From IMG/VR virus record IMGVR_UViG_3300042556_001648, positions 1 to 26,394 of that record: a stretch of DNA of 26,394 nucleotides; one strand, written 5' to 3'. Position 1 is the stretch's first letter. Each line of letters starts with the position of its first letter. The translations under genes and the position numbers were made by a program. The notes under the pieces are model-generated. The model was not told where the DNA came from. It was given only the letters and a program-made list of their open reading frames with translations, and searched no databases. This document shows positions 17,866-26,394 of this stretch, in pieces. Source of the DNA: a virus (lineage: Duplodnaviria; Caudoviricetes).

Positions 17866-20800
17866 TTAATTATTCCTTGCCATAGCTCTTTGAATAGAAG
17901 CACCAACCTTACTGCTAATTTGTTGCTGACTTTCCCTAGAAGTTGGGCCATTTATAGTGAAGTGATTAACTACGTGAACTGTAGTAGCACCAGTAGTTGC
18001 TTCTTTTTGTTGTTCTGGAGTTTTAACAATTACTTGTTCTCCTGGTGTAGCCATAAACTGTACAAGTTTAGAATCTGTCCCACCTTGACCACCAACATCA
18101 AAAGCGCCTCCATTTGCGAATCCCATCATAGAGCCACCCCAGCTAGCTAAATCTGCTGCTGAAAATCCAGCTTCTTGACTAGCAAACATTGATGCTGATG
18201 TAGTACCACCACCCATGCCAAATAAGCTACCAAGTCCACCAAGTAATCCACCACCACCACTACCTCCACCACTACTAGAAAATAAAGATTGTGTGAAAGA
18301 GTCTAAGTTCTGCCCTATAAGCTGTGTAGTATCTCTGAAACTATCCATATAGCCACCAAAACTATCCATGTGGCCACCAAATGCTTCAGTAATACTAAGG
18401 GTGCCTGTAGTAAAGTTTTCTGTACTATCAGAAAAAGTTGAGCTTACTGATGCTAAAGTATCGAACTCTGCATTTTGAGCTGCTATAATATCAGCTTGAG
18501 TTCCGCCGGCAGCAAATAGCTCTGAAGGGGTAAATCCAGCTGTCTGTGACGCTAGCATAGCTCCTTGTTCACTAAATTTGTAGTCTAACTGCTGAAGAGC
18601 TCCCTCTCCAATACCAGCTAACGCATTAGTATTTGGTTGAGCTTTATTACCACTAATAGCATCCGCTATTCTTTGTAATAAATTTACCATCTTATCAAAT
18701 AAGGTAGTATGTTTATTTACTGCCTCATCTTTTAAAGTACTAATATCGGCTGATTGTTTTTGAGCAATAGCTTTAGCTTCAGCAGTAGCTTTAGCCGCTG
18801 CAATTTCTGCTGGTGATTTAAACATATCAGGCTTACCGAACATACCCGCTATAGCATCTTTCATCATAGCTTTAAGTTGATTACCTGCATACTCCATCAT
18901 CATATCATCAAAAGCGAAGATTGTATCTCTAATAATATTTTTTAGGTTGAAGTCTAAGTTTTTAACTGCATTACCTATGCCATCAACAAAAGTATCAACA
19001 GCTTTATAAGATGCATTTACTACGGTTTTATTATAAGAGTCGAGTGTATCTCTAAATTTCTTAGCATCTAATTCAAATCTCTCTGCTAATAAATCTTTAT
19101 CTAACTGATAAGGTAGTGTAGCTTTTTCTTTGGCTTCTAAAGTTTTTTCTTTTAGAGCAAGTGCTTTTTCTAGGTATTCTACTCTTAGAGCTTCTTGAGC
19201 AATAATTTTTTCATTACCAGTTAATTCTCTATCAATTTTGTCCTGTGAAATTTGTTGCTGTTTAGCTAAAATTTCAGTATATGCTTGGTTTATAGTATTA
19301 ATCTGATCTGCATTAAGTAGACCTGTAGATGCTTTATTAGAGCCAAATAGGCTATCAATTCTTTCAAGAGTTTCTGATTGAATCCTTAGTTCTTGATTCA
19401 GCTTAATAACAGCTATGTTATGTTCAGCAGCAGCTTCTTTTTTAGCTATTTCTAATAGTAGTGTTGCATTTTGAGTTGCAAAAGCCTGCTCTTGGGCTTT
19501 ATAAATATCTTCTTCTAATGCTAATCTGATTTGTAATATACTATTTGCTTCACTAGATGTTCTACCAGAAATTTCATCTATTTCACTAGATCTAATTTTT
19601 AGTATATTTGTTTCTTTTAGTTTCTTAAGATTTTCCTCTAATTCAAATTCTCTATCTAATTTGGCACGTTCTAAAGTAGTTTTCTCTTTTGCTTGTTGTG
19701 AGGCTTTTAACTTATCTTCTGCCTCTCCTACAGCTTTGTCAGCAGCCCTTCTTTCATCACTACCTTCTTTCAGATTGCCAGCTTTTTTATCTGCTTTAAT
19801 TTCGTCATTAAGGGCCTTAAGGGAAAGTTCTAGTGCACTGGTTGTAATTTTCAGCTTAGCTGCTTCTGCCTCATTTGCACCTAAGGCTACTTTGTATGCG
19901 TATAAAGAATCAGTTACTTCTGAGCCAACTCCTACCAAACCGGCGAATTCTGTCTCTAACTTTATTGATTTACCTGTTGTTTCTATATCTGTTCTAGAGA
20001 CTTCAGCATTTAGATCATCATTAATAGTTTTTAGTTTTGGGTCGAGTCTAGTTTGTAACCTAGAAGGTAAGCTTAGTGTATTTACTTTAATATCTGCTTG
20101 AGCTATAGATATGGCACCTTCTACACCAGCAAGTCTTCCTAAAGCAGCAGCAATATTTCCGCGTTTATCTTCTTGAGTAGTAGGATTAGTCAGCTTACTA
20201 TATGCTTGGTCCTTTAATTGAGCGCTATTAGCAAAATTAGCTAAGGGACCCAATATACCTCTCAGGTTTTCTGTATCTACTCTTCTCTGTTCTTGTAGCG
20301 CTTTTATATTAGTCTGCTTAGCTGCGTTATCAATAGCTACTTTTCTTGCTTCAGTTTTATATTCTGCAGAAGCTAGTATACCACTGCTACGAGAAGATAA
20401 TCCTGCTAAAAATTGAGTTTTCTTTAGCGAAGCAGCTAGAGCTGCTTGTGCTACAGAAGCATTTGCAGCAGCAGATGCTAGATTAGCTAATGATTCTGCT
20501 GCAGCTACGCTGTATTTAGCTATACTAATATTTGCTTCTTTTAAGTTTTTGTATCCTGCGGCTTCAGCAGCTTTAGCAGAACCTTCTTTCAATTCCTGTG
20601 TTCTAGTATCTTCGGCTTTAGAGATAAGATCTTTATCCCCCATTGCTTTACGAACATTGTCGTCGTAGCGCTTATTTACCTCAGCTTCATTAGTATTTAA
20701 TCCTTGCTTAAAACTCTCCAATTTGGGGTCGAGTCTTATTTGGGCCATTTCCTGAAATTGATCTGTAATACCATCTAAGTATTCAGAGATATTAGCTAAG

Positions 20801-23343
20801 CCACCAGAAGGACTACTTAATTGTTTAAATAAGTTAGAGGTACTAGCACTTAAACTATTTAGTGCTTTTAGGTGCTTAGATTGATTTTGTAATGTAAGTA
20901 GGTGCTCTGAAGATATAGTATCTAAATCTTTTAGATTATTCTTCATAGCTATTGTAGATTCTCCAAACTCTATAAAAGATTTCTTTACTGCAGGATCCAT
21001 TGCAGCTATTTCTCGTCTAGCTAATTCTACTGCTCTTGACTGCTCTTGACTACTGGCTTTATTATATGATTCTGTAGTTAAACCTACGGAAGTCATCTTA
21101 TAAGCTCCTGCCTTAGAGCCTGGTTTAGCGTACATATTGTCAATACCAACAGAGCCTTTATCTATTAGACCCTTTTTTACTAAATCCTCATAAACCTTTA
21201 CAGTGGATAACTCGCTCTCTTTATCAAAAGCACCTAAACCAAAAAAGCGATCAAAACCTCCCTCAACATTATCTAGAAAAGCTCCTTTTTCTCGTAAACT
21301 ATCTAGCTTTTGCTGCTGCTCTATAACTTCACCTATACTATTTGCTAAAGCAGTAGCTGAAGCTCCTTGTAAGTCATATTGTTCAGATAAACTACCAGTT
21401 TTACCTAACTTCTCCTGTATATCTAGAAATAGTTTATTTGTAGTATTTAATTTTTCTGTAGCTTCATCTAGCTTAGCCATAGCATCTGATGTTAGTCCTA
21501 ATGCATTTGCTAATACCCCTAGTAGTGGAATAAGGACAGTAAATACAGCTGCCCAAATTGCAAAAGTACCTAATAAACGAGATATACCTACAGTTAGTAC
21601 CTGGAAAGAGCCCTTCAAGCCCATATTAATTTTCTCTAGAGTACTGAACTTTCTACCTGTTCCTTCTACAACATTACCAAACTCGTCAAAAGTACCAGTA
21701 CCCTTTTTAATAGAGTCAAATAAATCAGTAAAACCTAATCTAAAACCACCTGCTTCTGTAGCTTGAACGGCTCCACGAATTACAGCTAGTCTTTGACCCA
21801 TCTGCTCAAATTTACCAATCTTTTGTGTAAGACTAGTAATTTCAGTATCAGTAGTCATTAAGTTCTTCTGAACTAATGCCTGTGCACTTGCTGCACCAGA
21901 AATAGACTGTAGTCCTTTTTCTTCAAAGTTCTTTATAGCAGCTAACTGACTATTTAGACGACCAAGCTCAGCCTGCGCATTTAAAAATGTTTTACCACTC
22001 TTTTTACCCTGTCTATCTAAAATATCTTGAGTTTTGGCTATTTCTCTTACAATTGTACCCCTAGCTTTTTCAAGTTCTTTTCGTACAATTTCTGTCTGTG
22101 CCTTAATTTGTTCTTCTGATAAGCCTATAAAGTTACCTAATTTGGCAGCATCATCAATACCTTTAAGTTTAGATTTTTTAATACCAGAACTTTCTAGTCC
22201 TTGTATAGCTGTATCTCTAGTTTCTACGAATTTTTGCTGTGCAGCCTTTACTTTTGCTTCATTTAGGGCTAATACAGCACTCTTCTGGTCTTCTAGAGCT
22301 TTTCTTTGTTTTGTTAGAGATTCTTGTGCTGCTTTATCTGTAGCCTCCCAAGCAGCTTGCATATTACCAACGGCTGGTATAGCTTGTTTTAGTAGTAAAC
22401 CTACTATAGCCGTCATACCAAGTAATAGAGCCGTTGGTGATTGTGATAAGATACTTACCAAAGGTCCTAAAACACTATTAATTGTAGTTAGTACATCAGT
22501 ACTTATATCTTTTAATGAGGCAGCTAGTTTAGAGAATGGATTAGCTGATTCATCTGCTAATTCTTTATACTTACGAATACCTTGTTCCGTAACTGCATTA
22601 ACGAATGCCTGTCTACGCTCATAGTCAGTTAAGCTAGATACAGTTTTATTTAGACTTTTTGCGTAATTCTTATTAGCGTCATCTACTTTAACCATTAGAC
22701 CTAATTCATCTAGTAGTTCTGGTTCTATTTTAATAGTACCACGAAATACACGAGTCATAGCATCTGTAAGGTCTCTACCTAAGGCTATGGAAGCACCTTT
22801 AGCAACAGTGGTCAATTCTTTTATTTGTTTAGTATTTAGACCTGCTGAAGTAGCTAAAGATGCGCTAGACAATGCGTCAGCCATAGATATTGCGCCGTCA
22901 GTTAGTCCCTGCATGTCTTTAGCCAAACCATTTATACTGACACCTACTTTTAGAGAAAGTATATCTGCTGCTTTTTGCATATTAGTAAAATCAGCTGCTT
23001 TACTCATAGCATTAAATGCCGCAGTCACCGCATATATGTTAGCTGCGAATGTGGCGTATAAGTGAACTAGGCCACCTAGCCCCTGGGCTTGTCTGCCAAA
23101 GTCACGAGCATCTCCCCTAGACTGACTACCTGCGGTACCTCTTGTGATACCTTCAGATGTGGGTACACTTGCTGTTGCACCAGACGCAGAAAGGGCAGCC
23201 GAAGCCGCCCTAGGTTGTTGCACTACTTTTCTAGGCTGTGCAACTTTGTCTAAGGAACTATTAAGCTTATCTGCACTAGCAGTTACCTGCTTTAGAGTGC
23301 CATTATCAGTTACTTCTACTGTCACTTTTCTAGTATTAGACAT
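17866..23343 (-). CDS. tape measure protein (1825 aa)
   Basis: Long Ala/Lys/Glu-rich helical ORF after the chaperones. T5 pb2-like N-terminus (YATFAANIYA...ASIALGRDLTDA...RG..K.EPELLDELG). C-terminus GFANGG...GGTDS...ATPGE. Confidence 0.93.
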   Translation of the reverse strand: MSNTRKVTVEVTDNGTLKQVTASADKLNSSLDKVAQPRKVVQQPRAASAALSASGATASVPTSEGITRGTAGSQSRGDARDFGRQAQGLGGLVHLYATFAANIYAVTAAFNAMSKAADFTNMQKAADILSLKVGVSINGLAKDMQGLTDGAISMADALSSASLATSAGLNTKQIKELTTVAKGASIALGRDLTDAMTRVFRGTIKIEPELLDELGLMVKVDDANKNYAKSLNKTVSSLTDYERRQAFVNAVTEQGIRKYKELADESANPFSKLAASLKDISTDVLTTINSVLGPLVSILSQSPTALLLGMTAIVGLLLKQAIPAVGNMQAAWEATDKAAQESLTKQRKALEDQKSAVLALNEAKVKAAQQKFVETRDTAIQGLESSGIKKSKLKGIDDAAKLGNFIGLSEEQIKAQTEIVRKELEKARGTIVREIAKTQDILDRQGKKSGKTFLNAQAELGRLNSQLAAIKNFEEKGLQSISGAASAQALVQKNLMTTDTEITSLTQKIGKFEQMGQRLAVIRGAVQATEAGGFRLGFTDLFDSIKKGTGTFDEFGNVVEGTGRKFSTLEKINMGLKGSFQVLTVGISRLLGTFAIWAAVFTVLIPLLGVLANALGLTSDAMAKLDEATEKLNTTNKLFLDIQEKLGKTGSLSEQYDLQGASATALANSIGEVIEQQQKLDSLREKGAFLDNVEGGFDRFFGLGAFDKESELSTVKVYEDLVKKGLIDKGSVGIDNMYAKPGSKAGAYKMTSVGLTTESYNKASSQEQSRAVELARREIAAMDPAVKKSFIEFGESTIAMKNNLKDLDTISSEHLLTLQNQSKHLKALNSLSASTSNLFKQLSSPSGGLANISEYLDGITDQFQEMAQIRLDPKLESFKQGLNTNEAEVNKRYDDNVRKAMGDKDLISKAEDTRTQELKEGSAKAAEAAGYKNLKEANISIAKYSVAAAESLANLASAAANASVAQAALAASLKKTQFLAGLSSRSSGILASAEYKTEARKVAIDNAAKQTNIKALQEQRRVDTENLRGILGPLANFANSAQLKDQAYSKLTNPTTQEDKRGNIAAALGRLAGVEGAISIAQADIKVNTLSLPSRLQTRLDPKLKTINDDLNAEVSRTDIETTGKSIKLETEFAGLVGVGSEVTDSLYAYKVALGANEAEAAKLKITTSALELSLKALNDEIKADKKAGNLKEGSDERRAADKAVGEAEDKLKASQQAKEKTTLERAKLDREFELEENLKKLKETNILKIRSSEIDEISGRTSSEANSILQIRLALEEDIYKAQEQAFATQNATLLLEIAKKEAAAEHNIAVIKLNQELRIQSETLERIDSLFGSNKASTGLLNADQINTINQAYTEILAKQQQISQDKIDRELTGNEKIIAQEALRVEYLEKALALKEKTLEAKEKATLPYQLDKDLLAERFELDAKKFRDTLDSYNKTVVNASYKAVDTFVDGIGNAVKNLDFNLKNIIRDTIFAFDDMMMEYAGNQLKAMMKDAIAGMFGKPDMFKSPAEIAAAKATAEAKAIAQKQSADISTLKDEAVNKHTTLFDKMVNLLQRIADAISGNKAQPNTNALAGIGEGALQQLDYKFSEQGAMLASQTAGFTPSELFAAGGTQADIIAAQNAEFDTLASVSSTFSDSTENFTTGTLSITEAFGGHMDSFGGYMDSFRDTTQLIGQNLDSFTQSLFSSSGGGSGGGGLLGGLGSLFGMGGGTTSASMFASQEAGFSAADLASWGGSMMGFANGGAFDVGGQGGTDSKLVQFMATPGEQVIVKTPEQQKEATTGATTVHVVNHFTINGPTSRESQQQISSKVGASIQRAMARNN

Positions 23344-23352
23344 TTATTATCC

Positions 23353-23715
23353 TCATTTCTTTTTCTTACTATTTATTTGTTCAGTTTCCTGACGATCAAA
23401 TAAGGTAACTATTCTTAATACAGTTATCCTATCTGTTACACCAAACAGTTCGAATAGATTAGATATGTTTTCAATAGCTTTACCAAAATAATGCCCGCTG
23501 AAGGAATCATACCTATCAGGTAAGTAGCAATAAATTGTCCAAGCCTCTTGAGCTTCCTCAGGTAAGTCCATTAACTCTACAGGGATTTCTTCCTCTATAG
23601 GTTCTGAACCTAACTGTTCACACATATCTAAATACGTCTCTCTAGACATATTAGCATGCCTATTTTGAGAGAAGTTTTTTACTTTATTAATTAACTCTTC
23701 GAACTGAACTTCTGA
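23353..23715 (-). CDS. tail assembly chaperone, frameshift extension (gpT-like)
   Basis: The -1 frame is open from the slippery site (SEVQFEELINK...) into the 23353..23649 ORF (YLDMCEQLG...P). Confidence 0.8.
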   Translation of the reverse strand, partial: SEVQFEELINKVKNFSQNRHANMSRETYLDMCEQLGSEPIEEEIPVELMDLPEEAQEAWTIYCYLPDRYDSFSGHYFGKAIENISNLFELFGVTDRITVLRIVTLFDRQETEQINSKKKK

Positions 23716-24113
23716 AAATTTGTTAGGTCACTCGTAACATCTGAGATAAAACCATCAAATTCTGTTGAATTCTTCATAAGTACTAGAGCATTTTCTTCAG
23801 AGAACTCTAATTCTTCGTTTAAATCTTTAATACTAGCTAAATCTACTAGCATTAGGTCTTGTAAGTATGAGTACTTAAGACCTGTCCATCCTTTTACTAC
23901 AGCTGCTACATAATTCTTAGTAAATAGTTCTTCATTTAATTCTTCGATAGACTGACGAGTCTTTCTATCAAATTTTGTAGTAACGCAAGCTTTGCGTAAC
24001 TTAATTAGTTCTTCTCTTGAAAGGAAAGCGACTTTAACTTTGAAACCGGTCTTGTCTTGAAAATCAACCTCAACTACTTTAGAAGGGGTTAATAGTGATT
24101 GTAGTGAAACCAT
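23691..24113 (-). CDS. tail assembly chaperone (gpG-like)
   Basis: Position between tube and TMP. V.GW.GL motif. AAGGAG RBS. Confidence 0.85.
   Translation of the reverse strand: MVSLQSLLTPSKVVEVDFQDKTGFKVKVAFLSREELIKLRKACVTTKFDRKTRQSIEELNEELFTKNYVAAVVKGWTGLKYSYLQDLMLVDLASIKDLNEELEFSEENALVLMKNSTEFDGFISDVTSDLTNFQKFSSKS
23715..23721 (-). other. -1 programmed ribosomal frameshift site A AAT TTT
   Basis: X XXY YYZ heptamer in the chaperone frame, 7 codons before its stop. The -1 frame is open to 23353. Confidence 0.8.
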
Positions 24114-24135
24114 TTATTTTAAATCTCCTTTAAAT

Positions 24136-24158
24136 AGGAGGAGCATAATGCTCCTCCT
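24136..24158 (-). terminator. stem-loop after the tail tube gene (weak terminator or mRNA stabiliser)
   Basis: AGGAGGAGCA-TTA-TGCTCCTCCT 10-bp stem, 6 nt after the tube stop, followed only by ATTT. Confidence 0.6.
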
Positions 24159-24164
24159 TAATTA

Positions 24165-25580
24165 TTAAACTCCGTAGTAAGTAACTACTAGGTTATTTGT
24201 TTTACTAATTTCATAGCTACCAGGATCAGCTGCTAAACCTACTGCACTGTAACCTTGAGCATTAAATGTAATTGCTGTCGAAACCACATCTTGAATATCA
24301 ATAGTTGGAACACCTAACTGAGCAGCATTCATTAATAGTTCTACACGAGTAGCATTAGATGCACCACCTACTTCGATTTGAAGTTTAAACTTAGTTTCTG
24401 AAGTAGTTACAAGCCCTGCTAAAATATCTGATAGTAGTTTTCCTGACTCATTAGCTGCTCCAGTTTTTAGATACGCATTTAGTGAACCACTAATACTACG
24501 TGTACCAGTAAAGTAACCAATCGAGCGATTTACAACACCTAAGTTTTCTGGAGTTACATATTCAATATTATTATTGATAGTAATATTTCCTCCAGTAATA
24601 GGTACAGTGTAAGTAGTATTACCAGTACCAGTACCACCAATATTAGCCATTAATGTAGTTGTACTAAGTTTATTAGTAATATACTTAGTAGCTAGAGGTG
24701 GGGAGGTTAAGAAACAGCCTGGTGTGGTACCTGTGCCAGCTACTAGTGGAGTAGATGGTGTAATAGTTGTAGATTGTAGTACTTGAGTACCAAAACCACT
24801 CCAAGCTATCATTGCAATGCCTTGTAGGTCAAATTGAATATCTGCCTGATTAGCTGCGCAATTATATACTTTATAGTATACATTATCAACTTGGAAAATT
24901 AGAGCAAAATTCTGTAGAGCGTTTTTATTAGAGCCTTGAGCAGTAACAATTGCTGAAGAGGCAGATTCATACCACTGACCAGTTTTATAAGTTATAGTAC
25001 CACCTGCAGGTCCTGTAGTAGTTACTTTAGTATCTAGATCTACTGTGAAATTAGTAGTACCAGTAATAGCAGTAACTCTAAAAATACCATTACCTGTACT
25101 ACCACCAGTTACACCAGTTATGCCAGATAGCTGTACAGAATCACCTACTACTACTGTATGGGCCACAGTCGGAACTACTAGTAGAGTAAAACCATCCGTC
25201 GTATTACCACCAACTGTAGCACTAGTACACGCTAATGCGGCACCTGTAAATACTGGCTTAGTTCCTAATAGTGCATTCCATAAATATTTTTCGGGGGCTT
25301 GAATGTTAGTATCTAGATAAGGCCTAATATATGTACTCAAACTCCAATCTACTGGATTTAGTTTACTATTGAAGGAGCGTTCACCACGAACAGGTGCAGT
25401 GCCTGCCTCAGATAGAGTAATAGTTTGCTGTTCTGTATTCTGTGTGAATGAATATCCAGCCAATACTTGGATTTCAAAAGTATTAGCAGGAGTATGTCCT
25501 GCTAAAGTATCCGTCGCTAAGTTATCCGCATTAAAGGTTGTAAAGAAAACCTTTGTATTTCTACTTAAATTTACTGCCAT
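24165..25580 (-). CDS. major tail tube protein (T5 pb6-like)
   Basis: LSRNTKVF...NTFEIQVLAGYSFTQ...ITLSEAG..PVRG.RSFN..LNPVDWS.STYIRP...FTGTRSISGSLNAYL. Confidence 0.92.
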   Translation of the reverse strand: MAVNLSRNTKVFFTTFNADNLATDTLAGHTPANTFEIQVLAGYSFTQNTEQQTITLSEAGTAPVRGERSFNSKLNPVDWSLSTYIRPYLDTNIQAPEKYLWNALLGTKPVFTGAALACTSATVGGNTTDGFTLLVVPTVAHTVVVGDSVQLSGITGVTGGSTGNGIFRVTAITGTTNFTVDLDTKVTTTGPAGGTITYKTGQWYESASSAIVTAQGSNKNALQNFALIFQVDNVYYKVYNCAANQADIQFDLQGIAMIAWSGFGTQVLQSTTITPSTPLVAGTGTTPGCFLTSPPLATKYITNKLSTTTLMANIGGTGTGNTTYTVPITGGNITINNNIEYVTPENLGVVNRSIGYFTGTRSISGSLNAYLKTGAANESGKLLSDILAGLVTTSETKFKLQIEVGGASNATRVELLMNAAQLGVPTIDIQDVVSTAITFNAQGYSAVGLAADPGSYEISKTNNLVVTYYGV

Positions 25581-25634
25581 AAAATTCTCCTATATACGAA
25601 ATTAATAACGTAGTCAGTATTTACTAGCATTGTA

Positions 25635-26066
25635 TTAAATTTCATATCTTATTGATAAATTCATTTCTCCAACACCAAAAGGTGCTAGTAATCCTTCATC
25701 TGTGGTTATTGAAGTGATAAGAATCTCTGTTGTACTCTTACCAGTTTCATATTCTAGCAGCTCATTATTTGTAACAACCTGCTCTACATCTTGTAGAAGA
25801 TCTTCTAGTTTGCTAGTTGGGTCTTCTGAGTTGACGTATAATTTAAGTGAGACATTTAAAAATCCCCACTTAAATCCCCCTGGATGGTATTCTCTAGTTT
25901 CACTACCAGGAACTATACATACTGCTGGAAAGTCGGATATTTCATCCCAGAAGACAAGCTTAGTAAGTATGTTACTAGGAAACAGAGTACTCTTAAATGG
26001 AGAGGCCCCATTTATACTTGTAATCTTTTCAGCTAATTTTTTAGCTATGGAGCTTCTTGCACTCAT
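25635..26066 (-). CDS. tail terminator protein (T5 p142-like)
   Basis: RSSIAK...FWDEI.DFP...ETREY.P...ITTDEGLL.PFGVGE. Directly upstream of the tube gene. Confidence 0.82.
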   Translation of the reverse strand: MSARSSIAKKLAEKITSINGASPFKSTLFPSNILTKLVFWDEISDFPAVCIVPGSETREYHPGGFKWGFLNVSLKLYVNSEDPTSKLEDLLQDVEQVVTNNELLEYETGKSTTEILITSITTDEGLLAPFGVGEMNLSIRYEI

Positions 26067-26095
26067 AATTCCTCTCTTTTTATATTAACCCACAC

Positions 26096-26124
26096 ATTAT
26101 ATAATAGTAGAAAAATAATTTCAA
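26096..26124 (-). promoter_or_regulatory. sigma70-type promoter for the tail operon
   Basis: Minus strand TTGAAA (26124-26119), 17 bp spacer, TATAAT (26101-26096), with AT-rich upstream sequence, in an intergenic gap. Confidence 0.8.
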
Positions 26125-26138
26125 CTATATTTTATTAG

Positions 26139-26394
26139 TTATACTACTATGGTTCTCATCCTAGACTTAGTTAGCTGTGCTGCTATTTCTCTTACTGATC
26201 GATCAATAAGAGCATAGGGGCTCTTATCTATACTACCCTGTTTTCCACCTATTTCAAAAGTTGCATAAGGATACTTCATATAACTTAAAAAAGCTGTTAT
26301 AGCATTTTGTCTACTATCAAACTGTACTGAGTTTAGTTTAACTGATTCTGCAAACCTACCTGTTTGATAAGTTAGCGCCGGAGGCGCCATATTC
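26139..26394 (-). CDS. tail completion protein (T5 p143-like), 5'-truncated
   Basis: LTYQTGRFAESV...YMKYPYATFE.GG...P..LI..SVREIA. Frame is open to the window edge. Synteny with T5. Confidence 0.65.
   Translation of the reverse strand, partial: NMAPPALTYQTGRFAESVKLNSVQFDSRQNAITAFLSYMKYPYATFEIGGKQGSIDKSPYALIDRSVREIAAQLTKSRMRTIVV

Noticed and set aside
5308-26088. Plus-strand ORFs opposite the late genes (e.g. 19661-20101, 21203-21766, 22034-22624, 25702-26088)
   Set aside because: Antisense shadows of codon-biased structural genes with no recognisable domains.
1-26394. tRNA, rRNA, CRISPR array, integrase/att site, T5-type nick consensus
   Set aside because: No cloverleaf, regularly spaced repeat-spacer unit, recombinase or recurrent GCGC-based motif was found by eye.
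1-26394. Apparent abundance of CTAG/TAG-containing words, raising possible stop-codon reassignment
   Set aside because: Genes translate full-length in the standard code and TAG serves as a real stop (5883, 13087). The pattern reflects CTA/ACT/AGT codon preference; I did not quantify it.

Overview
AT-rich fragment of a lytic T5-like siphophage genome infecting a Gram-negative host (spanins present). All family names are from motif recognition, not database searches. Plus strand (1-4606): end of the DNA-metabolism arm, with a T5 D15-like flap endonuclease, dUTPase, a monomeric class II (B12-dependent) ribonucleotide reductase interrupted by a group I intron (2450-3612) carrying an HNH homing endonuclease, and two small ORFs. 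A bidirectional terminator at 4608-4645 separates this from the minus-strand late operon: T5-like tail completion, tail terminator, tube, frameshifted chaperones and tape measure, then a GTA-type tail tip (DUF2460 distal tail, DUF2163 hub, NlpC/P60, central 'megatron'-type protein, DUF2793-type fibre) and a lysis cassette. The standout feature is the central tail-tip gene. Normally one ORF, it is present here as THREE tandem paralogous N-terminal halves, each with a different ~330-aa variable domain between DNA-level homology boxes and all stopping at the same linker, followed by ONE shared C-terminal half. This suggests a heterotrimeric or combinatorial multi-receptor tail tip. The intron also has a neat promoter/RBS-hairpin switch for its endonuclease.
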